Assembly (NCBI GenBank): GCA_965223845.1
Contig: CBDCXR010000004.1
Coordinates: 128,001-192,000, forward strand
Reading direction: 5' to 3'
Source of the DNA: Planctomycetota bacterium
GTDB lineage: Bacteria; Planctomycetota; UBA8108; SXIK01
Length of the DNA: 64,000 nt
The notes below the pieces were generated by a model. The model did no database searches and was not told the origin of the DNA. It worked only from the letters and a program-made list of their open reading frames with translations. Made by a program: the position numbers and the translations under genes. Positions 39,317-49,761 of the stretch are shown one piece after another. Position 1 is the first letter of the stretch; the number at the start of each line of letters is the position of its first letter.

Positions 39317-41164
39317 TCAGTTGGGCTCCGCGGTGGCGGCGCGGAGCTTCTTCAGGAGCGAGCGATAACGCTCGTGGCTGCGCAGCGGGTCTAGGTCCGG
39401 ATCTTTTCGGATGTGGTCGGCATCCGTGAAGCCCGCATCGACGGACCGCTCGAGCGCTTCGAGCGCCTCCTCGATCTTTCCGTGGAGCGAGTACGCGCAG
39501 GCGAGGTTGTAGAGCGTGAGTTGGTCGTTCGGCTCGATGCGCCGAGCGATCTCGAAGTGGTGGATCGACTTCTCGTACTCCTTGAGGAGGAGATACGCGA
39601 AGGCGATTTGGTAGTTCGCACGAAAGTCGAACGGGAACTCATCGAGGACTTTGCGGAGTTCCTCGACCGCGAGTCGATAACGCTTCCCTCGGATGTACTC
39701 GTCGGCCTGAATGATGAAGATCTCTCGCGAGACCTCCGGCTTCTTGAGCGTGAGCTCGGCGTGATTCCGCACGAGGTGGTGGTAGCCGGAGAGGTCGCGG
39801 AGACCGGCGAGAGCCTTCGCCGCTGCGAGCTTCACCGAGAGGCTCCGTTCGAGCTCGTCGTCCATCACGATCGCGCGGAGCGTCGGAATCGCATGCACGC
39901 CCGCGACACGCGCGTAATCGAAGATCTTTCGGCGCTTTCGCCGAAACGACAGCTCGGGGAATCGGCCGAAATCGATGCCGGTCGAAGCGTAGGTCGACGG
40001 CCGAATCCGCCAGCGGAGAAGGTCGCCGAGGAACGCGAACTCGCTCGCCGAGACGTCGCCGCCGCGCGCGATCGCCTCGGTCACGGCGGCCAAGCCGCGA
40101 GCCTCGAGAAGAAACAGCTCGTCGGCCGCACGTTCGCGAACGAGCGGCAGCGGATCGGCGAGATTGGCCACGGTCGCCGCGATGTGACGGTCGAGGAGCT
40201 CTGCGGCGAGCTTGGCATCCGGTCCGTCGGCGCGACTGCCGAGCTCCCAAAGTAGCGCCCGATGGTAACGAAGCTCCTCGAAGGACTCGCCGATGGCGGT
40301 CGGTTTCTCCGCCGACGCCGCGAGCGCCTCTTCCACGAGCTTCGCATAGATTTCTCGCGACTCGACTTTCCCGGTGCGCCGGCGCGCGAGAGCTTCGTTG
40401 AGGACGGCGAACCCGCCGGCGAGCACGGATCGCCGGAGCTCGTCCACTCGCGGGCGGCGATCCTCGACTCGTTCGGCGAGCTCCGGGAGATGGAGCTCCT
40501 CAACCGGCGAAAGAGGTTGCCGGTCGGAGCCGAGCTTGCGCACACGCTCGACGAGCGGATGCAGCGCATTGATCGCCTCCGGCTTCTCGCGCGCCCACTC
40601 GCGGCGCTCTTCCCGCAGCTCTTGGAGTCGTGCCCGCTCGTCGTCGCCGAACGCCTCGGGCTCCACCCGCGCGCGCTCGTCGAGCTCGGCGAGGCGGATC
40701 AGCTTCTGCAGCATATCGCTGGCGCCGGCGAACTTTTCCTCTATCGCGGTGACCTCCTTCCGGAGCGCCTCGACTTTCTTCGCCGTTTCGGCGCGTCCGC
40801 GGAGTCGATCGAGCTCCTGCGAATCGAGTCGGAACGCACGCACTTCGTTCTCGTAGCGCCGGAGAACCGTCTGCGCGAGTTCGGAGAACGCCTGGGCGAC
40901 TCGAAACCGCGTTTCCCGGTGTGGGATCACGAGCGCGGCCGCGAGTGCCGGCAGCGCATCGTCGCCGAGCTGCCGGAGCTCGGTGGCCGCTCGCTCGCGC
41001 TCGAATGCCGAGCCCGTTCGCAATCGCTCGAGGACGCTCGACACATTCGTCTCCGCGGCGATCGCGGGCGCGAAGAGGAATGCACTGATCACCAGAGCGA
41101 GCCGCGGCCATGCGCGTCGGGTGGGGGCCTTAGGCGTCCAGTTGTTTTGCATCTCGCTAGCCAC
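39317..41164 (-). CDS. exported HEAT/coiled-coil/TPR protein
   Basis: Signal peptide, HEAT units, C-terminal TPRs ending LYNLACAYSL…GF…IRKDPDLDPLRSHERY. Confidence 0.85.
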   Translation of the reverse strand: MASEMQNNWTPKAPTRRAWPRLALVISAFLFAPAIAAETNVSSVLERLRTGSAFERERAATELRQLGDDALPALAAALVIPHRETRFRVAQAFSELAQTVLRRYENEVRAFRLDSQELDRLRGRAETAKKVEALRKEVTAIEEKFAGASDMLQKLIRLAELDERARVEPEAFGDDERARLQELREERREWAREKPEAINALHPLVERVRKLGSDRQPLSPVEELHLPELAERVEDRRPRVDELRRSVLAGGFAVLNEALARRRTGKVESREIYAKLVEEALAASAEKPTAIGESFEELRYHRALLWELGSRADGPDAKLAAELLDRHIAATVANLADPLPLVRERAADELFLLEARGLAAVTEAIARGGDVSASEFAFLGDLLRWRIRPSTYASTGIDFGRFPELSFRRKRRKIFDYARVAGVHAIPTLRAIVMDDELERSLSVKLAAAKALAGLRDLSGYHHLVRNHAELTLKKPEVSREIFIIQADEYIRGKRYRLAVEELRKVLDEFPFDFRANYQIAFAYLLLKEYEKSIHHFEIARRIEPNDQLTLYNLACAYSLHGKIEEALEALERSVDAGFTDADHIRKDPDLDPLRSHERYRSLLKKLRAATAEPN

Positions 41165-41167
41165 GAT

Positions 41168-42571
41168 TCAGAGGAGAACGTCGCTCGTCAGGTCCACCGG
41201 CTCCTCGATCTTCTCGCGGAGCTCGTCTTCGTCCATCGCGTAGAGAGGTGAGATCTCGACGGCCCGGCCCAGGTCCTCGGGAGATTCGTCGAGTGACGCC
41301 GACCGCAGCCACCGCGCGTAGAGCTGAGATAGATCCTTCTGCGCGGTCTGAGGTGACGCGCGACCTCCGGTGTTCTTGATCGGAGAAAACTCCTGCTCGC
41401 GCTCGACGGCGACGACACGCGTCCGTTCCGCCTCTTGGAGCGCATCGAAGATGTAGCTCTGGAATTTGAACGCGTTCGGCTCGGTGGGGCGGACGAGGCG
41501 TCCGCGCTTGTTCACGTACGGCGAAGTGATCGGGACGGCGTGATCGGGGAGCGACAAGCCGCTCGCGGCGATCCCCTCGAGAAACTCGAGAGAGAAGACG
41601 TAGTTCCCGATATTCGCCGCGCAGAATCTCAGGCCGCCGCCCTCGTCGCGCGCCTCGCGATCCTCGGGGTCGAGCTCGTGATTCTCGATGATCCCGAGCG
41701 CACCGTCGAACTGACAGAACAGGCCGACCCGCTCCGAGGGATCCTCCTTGATCACGCACTTCGCGGAGATCTGAGCTCGGTTCTTGATATGGTCGCCGAG
41801 GAAGATCGGATCTGCGATCTGAGTGAGAGGATTGTCCGCCTGGAAGTAGAAGAGGTACTTCACGCCGGCTTTCCGAAACGCGGCGAGCTGATCCTCCTCG
41901 AGTAAACGATCGAGCAGCATGCCGTGCCCCGCGGGCTCGGTCGCGACGCGGCCGGGCTCGCAGAGGAGAACCTTGCCGCGGCGATCGACGATCGGGAGGA
42001 GCTCCTGCTCGAGAAAGTGGATATCCGAGCAATTGAGCCCGAAGTACCCGTGCTCCTTGAAGAACGCCGTCGTCGCCTCCTGGTGATTCGGGTGAAAGAA
42101 GAGGTACCAGCTCAGCGATACGCGGTAGCGGCGATTGAGCGCGCGGATCTTTTCGGCGTGAAGCTGAAAGACGCTCTTCCCCGTGACTGGGCCGACCGGA
42201 AGGAGTCCCACCGGTTCGGCGAGGGGCCCGACTCCCGCGCTCCCGGCCGACGTCAGGATCGCGACCTCGCCGTTCTTGAGCGCGTACTCGCCGAGGGTGC
42301 GGCAGAGCTCGCGCTCTTCGCGCTGGTCGTCGGCGGGGAGAACCTCGAGGGTCGGGGGCTGCACGACGCGATCACCCGTCCGCTCGCCGGCGTGGATCAG
42401 CTTCTGCACCCGGTGCTTGATCTGCTGAAAGTCGAACTGCTGAAGCTGCGCGAGGAGAGCCTTCCGCTCGTCATCGGAAAGCCGGTCCCAGTGCTCGAAG
42501 ACGTGCTCTTGCCCGGCTTCGTGCACCTTTGCCACGCAGACTTTATCGGCGTGTGAGCTGGTTTTGATCAT
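41168..42571 (-). CDS. UDP-N-acetylglucosamine pyrophosphorylase (UAP/UDPGP type 1)-like protein with degenerate nucleotide-binding loop
   Basis: AGQEHVFEHW, GPVTGKSVFQLHAEKI, FQADNPL…ADPIFLG, KFQSYIFDAL…REQEFSPIKN. The canonical AGGQGTRLG…PKG is replaced by AGSAGVGPLAEPVG. Confidence 0.85.
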   Translation of the reverse strand: MIKTSSHADKVCVAKVHEAGQEHVFEHWDRLSDDERKALLAQLQQFDFQQIKHRVQKLIHAGERTGDRVVQPPTLEVLPADDQREERELCRTLGEYALKNGEVAILTSAGSAGVGPLAEPVGLLPVGPVTGKSVFQLHAEKIRALNRRYRVSLSWYLFFHPNHQEATTAFFKEHGYFGLNCSDIHFLEQELLPIVDRRGKVLLCEPGRVATEPAGHGMLLDRLLEEDQLAAFRKAGVKYLFYFQADNPLTQIADPIFLGDHIKNRAQISAKCVIKEDPSERVGLFCQFDGALGIIENHELDPEDREARDEGGGLRFCAANIGNYVFSLEFLEGIAASGLSLPDHAVPITSPYVNKRGRLVRPTEPNAFKFQSYIFDALQEAERTRVVAVEREQEFSPIKNTGGRASPQTAQKDLSQLYARWLRSASLDESPEDLGRAVEISPLYAMDEDELREKIEEPVDLTSDVLL

Positions 42572-42912
42572 GAGGTGAGCTCGGAGCGCCTCGCGATCTC
42601 GTCTCTCTCAACTCCCGGTGGTCTCCGCGGCGCTCGACGCCTCGGACTCCAACCCATTTATAGCATCGGCTCCGCGGAGTGAGCTCCGGGGCGAAGTCCG
42701 CCCGCCGATAGTCGTACTTCGGCCGCCCGCGGGCGGATGCTACCGATCGTTTCGCGAAACCGTCAACCCGATCATCGCGGGAGCCCGGTGGGCCCCTCCT
42801 CCGGTGCGTGTCTCAACTCTTTACGCTACAATCCTCTGCGAAATCCGTCCCCGTGGTACAGCGCGTGCGCTGCCGGGCGGACACGAGGCGAGGGCCGGTG
42901 TCTGTACGAGTC

Positions 42913-43878
42913 ATGATGAGGAAGCCGGACGCAGCGGAAGGAGACGCCGAGAACCCCCCGGGTGCCGCCGCGCCCCGGCCCGAGTTCGGCGAGCGGGAGC
43001 GTCTCGAGGCGCTCGCCCTCATCGCGCGCGCGGTCGCCGAGGACCGTCCCGACGCCGACGTGACGACGCTAACTCTTTTCGACGGGCACGACGACGAGGT
43101 CCGCGTCGAGTTCGTTCCGCGAAGTCGCGGCTGTCAGGCGGGCGTCGAGGTCGCCGAGCAGCTCTTTCGCGAGCACTGCCCGAACGTCGAGATCGAGCGT
43201 CTCGCCGAGGACGGGAGTCCGCTCGTCCCGCGCCGAGCGTTCCTCGCGCTCGCGGGCCCGGCGGTCGAGATCCTCCGGTTCGAGCGCATCGCACTCAATT
43301 TTCTCCAGCGCCTCTCCGGAATCGCGACGCTCACCGCGGAGTGGGTGGCGGCGATCGCCGCCGAGGGCGGAACGGCTCAGCTCCTCGATACCCGGAAGAC
43401 GACGCCGGGATGGCGCGCGCTCGAGAAGTACGCCGTGCGCTGCGGCGGCGGCACCAATCACCGACTCGATCTCGGCGACGGCGTTCTCCTCAAGGACAAT
43501 CACGTCGAGATTCTGCGGGCGGCGGGCCGCGGCGGCTTCGCCGAATGGGTGGACGTTCTCCGCGCGGCAGCGAAGGGAAGTTTCGTCGAGGTCGAGGTCG
43601 ACTCGCGAGCTGAGTTCGAAGCGGTTCTCGGATTGCCCGTCGACGCGATTCTCCTCGACAATTTTGCCCTCGAGGACCTCCGATGGGCCGTCGCGAGGCG
43701 GAACGAGCGGGGCCGCGAGCCGCTCCTCGAAGCGTCCGGCGGAATCCGCCTCGACACGGTCGGGAACGTCGCAGCGACCGGGGTGGATCGGATCAGCGTC
43801 GGCGCGCTCACGCACTCCGCGGTCGCGGTCGATATCGGACTCGACGTCGCCAGCGGAGGCGACGGCCGCGAGTCGTGA
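42913..43878 (+). CDS. nadC: nicotinate-nucleotide pyrophosphorylase (quinolinate phosphoribosyltransferase)
   Basis: ERIALNFLQRLSGIATLT, DTRKTTPGWRALEKYAV..GGG.NHR, LKDNH, EVEVD, ILLDN, EASGGI, ISVGALTHS. Confidence 0.96.
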   Translation: MMRKPDAAEGDAENPPGAAAPRPEFGERERLEALALIARAVAEDRPDADVTTLTLFDGHDDEVRVEFVPRSRGCQAGVEVAEQLFREHCPNVEIERLAEDGSPLVPRRAFLALAGPAVEILRFERIALNFLQRLSGIATLTAEWVAAIAAEGGTAQLLDTRKTTPGWRALEKYAVRCGGGTNHRLDLGDGVLLKDNHVEILRAAGRGGFAEWVDVLRAAAKGSFVEVEVDSRAEFEAVLGLPVDAILLDNFALEDLRWAVARRNERGREPLLEASGGIRLDTVGNVAATGVDRISVGALTHSAVAVDIGLDVASGGDGRES

Positions 43879-43961
43879 TACGCTAATCGCGGCAGCCGAA
43901 CGCAGGCACTCGCATCGCCACCCGTCTCAAGTTTGCGAGTCGAATCGGGATCAATCGTACG

Positions 43962-44453
43962 ATGGACCAGCGAAGACGAAGTTTTCTCCTCCTTACCGGA
44001 ATCGCAGTGTCGGCAGTGGCGGTTCTCAACGCGTGCGGCCCGAAGCCGATTCCGCGACCGGGCCGCCCGCACGATTTCGTGCGGCTCAAGATCGGCGAGC
44101 ACGCTGTGGTCGCCGAGGTGGCGTGTGACGACGCGTCACGACGTCTCGGACTGATGAATCGCGAGAGCCTCGCCGACGGAAAGGGCATGCTCTTCATCTT
44201 TCCGGGCCTAGAGCGGCGCGGATTCTGGATGCGGAATACGTACATTCCCTTATCGATCGCGTTCATCGCGGATGACGGGACCATCCTTCAGATCGAGCAC
44301 ATGAAGCCTAAGGATGAGACGAGCACGAGGTCGAAGGACAAAGTGAGGTACGCGCTCGAAGTGCCGAAAGGGTGGTTCGAACGAAGCGGCATCGCCGTCG
44401 GAGCGCGCGTCGAGTCTCTCGCCGAAACCGTCGAACGGTTTCGCGTGAAGTGA
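43962..44453 (+). CDS. DUF192 family lipoprotein
   Basis: LNAC lipobox, AEVA…GLMNRESL…GMLFIF…FWMRNTYIPLSIAFI…YALEV..GWF. Confidence 0.92.
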   Translation: MDQRRRSFLLLTGIAVSAVAVLNACGPKPIPRPGRPHDFVRLKIGEHAVVAEVACDDASRRLGLMNRESLADGKGMLFIFPGLERRGFWMRNTYIPLSIAFIADDGTILQIEHMKPKDETSTRSKDKVRYALEVPKGWFERSGIAVGARVESLAETVERFRVK

Positions 44454-44608
44454 TCCCGGAGAGATTCATGCGCGCCGCCGCGAAAGCGCGGGGACGCCCC
44501 TCCGGCAAGGCCGCATCGGATTCGAGTGGCGAGTGACTCGCTCACCGCGAATCGTATGCGCACGGATCATTCGGGCTGAGACTCGCTCCCGGGAAAGAGG
44601 TAAAGAGA

Positions 44609-45358
44609 ATGAACCCGCGCTCGTTGATCGTGATCGTGCTCATGGGCGTCGGCGCACTCGGATCGCTCGGGATGATCGCGGGCTACGCGCTCGAGTCGGA
44701 TCCCGAGCTCAAGGACTCCGTCCGATTCCGCGCCGATGCGGCGAAGGAGTTCGCACCGCGCGGAGTGACGATCGTCGCGCTCCGCCGATTGCCCGCGCCC
44801 GCGCGCGGGTACGAGCTCCGCGTCTCCCTGGAGGCGGACGACGCTTCGAGCCGTCCCGAAGATGCGAGCGCGCGAGAGGGCACACTCGCGGCGGACCTCG
44901 CCGAGTTCTTGGTCCGGCGCCATCCCGACCGTCACGCGAAGACGCTCCGCGTCACGGTCGTTCCGCCGGCTTCCTCTTGGGGCTGGGGCGAGTCTGCGTC
45001 CGAGGAGCGCGTGCTCGACAACGTCGAGCTCCAACCGATTCGCTGGCGCGTCCTCTTCGAAACGCGCCAACGCGGGTTTCGCGCGGACGTCGCCGCGCAG
45101 CTCGCGGCCGAGGCCGTTCGTGTGGAAGAGAGCGAGCGTCGACTCGAGGTCGACGTGCGGCTGTCCGACGAGGGCGCCAGCCGGGATGAGCAAGTTTCCC
45201 TGAGCGACCGCATCGAGAAGCTCGCACGGGCGCGTCTCACCGGGTTCTACGATTCGCTGGCGGTGCGGATCCTCGCTGGCGGGGACGGCGACTCCGCGGC
45301 CGTCCTCTTCGAGATGAGCTACGACCGCTTCGGGCGGCGACGAAGCGTCCATCGCTGA
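44609..45358 (+). CDS. membrane-anchored hypothetical protein
   Basis: ATG after GAGG, N-terminal TM helix, fills the gap between co-oriented genes. Confidence 0.65.
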   Translation: MNPRSLIVIVLMGVGALGSLGMIAGYALESDPELKDSVRFRADAAKEFAPRGVTIVALRRLPAPARGYELRVSLEADDASSRPEDASAREGTLAADLAEFLVRRHPDRHAKTLRVTVVPPASSWGWGESASEERVLDNVELQPIRWRVLFETRQRGFRADVAAQLAAEAVRVEESERRLEVDVRLSDEGASRDEQVSLSDRIEKLARARLTGFYDSLAVRILAGGDGDSAAVLFEMSYDRFGRRRSVHR

Positions 45359-45545
45359 TCTGGGACCGGAGCCGAATCGGCCGCGGCGTCCCACTGCGTG
45401 ACGTTGATGCCCACTGGGTTGCCGCGCGGCAACGCATCCCGTGCTCCTCCTCGTCCTGTGGCGTCGCAGTAGAAACTGCTGAGAACCGCGGGCTACAATA
45501 CCGAAGCGGCGGTGTGCGAGCGGGCAACGGTGGTGGAGCTGAGAC

Positions 45546-45985
45546 TTGGACGAGACGGGGCGTGCGAGTGGACGGGCGCGAGATGGCGAGTCAGAAGTTC
45601 AGCGGCGCTCTGCGCTCGGCGACGCGCTGATCCTCGCGCTCGCGATGGGGATCCTGCTCGTACCTCCCGGTGGCGCGCGAACGATCGGTTCGCGCGCCCC
45701 GAGCGCCGAGTGGATCACGCGGGATCTCGTGCCGCTCCGCGTCGAAATCAACTCGGCGGCGTGGTACGAATGGGCGGCGCTCGACGGAATCGGCGAGACC
45801 CGGGCGCGGCAGATCGTCAAGTTTCGCGCCGCTCGCGGCGGTTTTGCTTCGATCGAGGATCTGCGCGAAGTGCCGGGTCTTTCGAGCGATTGGGTGGATC
45901 GCTCGCGCCGATACCTCGCGTGCACGGAGCACGCCGAGAGCGCCGTCCACGGCGGACCGAAAGCCACTACGACACTGGGTGACCC

Positions 45986-45989
<4 letters not shown>
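45546..45989 (+). CDS. ComEA-like helix-hairpin-helix DNA-binding protein
   Basis: [29 protein letters not shown]…[15 protein letters not shown]. Its stop overlaps the uvrB ATG. Confidence 0.85.
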
Positions 45990-48040
<2,051 letters not shown>

Positions 48041-48127
48041 TCGGGGCGGATTCACCGGCAGCGCGGCGTTGGCTTTTCCTCCCCGGAGTTCTCGCGCGAC
48101 TCCGTGAACGAACCGTGCTTGGAGCTA

Positions 48128-49298
48128 TCAGCGATCCGCGCGGTGGATCTCGATCGCGCTGACGAGGGCCCAGCGAGTGGGTGGATCGGTCGGCTCCACT
48201 TGGAACTCGAGGTCGAAAAGCCCATCTACTACGTCGCAGGAGAACTCGAGCTTCGCGGGCCGGGCGAACTCGAGGCGAAAGTCCTTGGCGACGGTCTGTC
48301 CCTCGACTTCGATGTCGAAGCGCCCACGGAGCGGTCCCGGTACGCTCTGGCAAAAATGGAGAACCAGGTCGTAGCGACCCACGGGAATCGGAATGCGATA
48401 TGCCGGGTCGTTCCATTGAGATTGGGCAAACGAGCGCCGCTCGGCGTACGTGTCGCGATCGAGCTCTCCAGGGCCGCGAAGCGCCGGTCGGAATCGGGCG
48501 TACTCAGAGCCGCCGCGGAAAAACCGGTCGCGTCCCCATCGTTTCCCTCGGCTGTCCACGACGTCTTCGTCACCCGCCGCGGAAATGCGAACGACGCCGT
48601 CCGATTCGAGCGTTTGGAGGAACCAGCGGACGGATTCGGGAAGAGGTTCCAACGCCGGAGTCTCGATCACGACGATGCCTTGAGCGCCTTGCTCGTTCTC
48701 CCGAACGGAAGCGAGCTGAGACTCCGCGAAGCGCTCGATCATGTCTCCTAACTCCCAGTCGAGACCCACGCTCGCCACGCGCATCCATTCTCCCCAGGAA
48801 CGGAAATCGTTGGGTGCGCCGTTGAGAGAGCGCTCCAGTAGGTTGAGCGCTCGGTCGGGGTCTTCGTGCGCTACGAGTCGAGCGAGACGGAGTCCGACAC
48901 GCGGATGAATCTCCTTCTGCCCGTCGACGAGCGACCGGAGCTCCTGTTGCGTGCCACTCAAATCCCCCTGCATCTCGAGCAGATATGATTCGAAGTAGCG
49001 AGCGCGACTGTCGCCCACGTCGTCCAGATGGCCGCGAGCGTCTTCGACCGAGGATGCGTCGACGGGCAAGATCTCCCCACCGAAGAACGCGTCGATCGAT
49101 GCGAGCGAATGAAGCGCCGGGAACGACCGCCTGCGGGCGCGGACGAGGGTCGTACCGGCTCGAGCCGGCGCGCCCGGTTGGGCGACACACTCTTCGAGCG
49201 TCACGACGGCATCGCGGAGCCGGCCTGCGGCGATCTGGACCTCTCCCAGATACGCGAGCGTTTCCGCGTTGCGGAGCAGAAGAGTGGCTTCCTCGGCG
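48128..49298 (-). pseudogene. 3' fragment of a TPR + malectin-domain gene (probably a Ser/Thr kinase sensor), 5' end deleted
   Basis: TPR-like helices, then VRISAAGDEDVVDSRGKRWGRDRFFRGG…Y..ER…YRIPIPVGRYDLVLHF…RFDIEVEG…LVSAIEI (malectin). No credible start of its own. Confidence 0.7.
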
Positions 49299-49481
49299 CA
49301 AGTACGCCGTTTGCACGACGTCATCGAGGCTGAGTTCCTGGCGTACTGCCGCTCCGAGGCGCCGTGCGACGCGCTCGCGGAGTCGCGTCTCGACGCGGCG
49401 AAAGAGCTCGTCCCAAGCGTGGCGGTCGCCGGCTCGGACGCGCTCGATCATCTGAGGGTGAAGATCTTCGCGCTCCGTCAT
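49299..49481 (-). pseudogene. 5' fragment (sigma2 start) of an ECF sigma factor
   Basis: ATG after GGAG. MIERVRAGDRHAWDELFRRVETRLRERVARRLGAAVRQELSLDDVVQTAYL, after which similarity stops abruptly. Confidence 0.75.
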
Positions 49482-49761
49482 CTCCGCCGGCGTCCCACGC
49501 TCGAAATCGAGTTGCCCCAACGTGAACGCCATCCTATCACCACGATTCTCGTCCGCCTCGTCTCGGTCCCTGGTGAGGAAGGACGGCCCCACCCCGTTTC
49601 GGCCGGTGAAAGACGAGTTTTCTCGTTCTTGGCCGATTTCCGCGGCCGCATCTCGGCCTTCGCGTCCTGACCGAGTTGTGGGCACCCGGTCGCCGCCGCG
49701 ACGAGCTCGGCGATCGACCGGAACGGACGTGGCAGCTCGAGCGGGAATGACAAGGGGGGCC

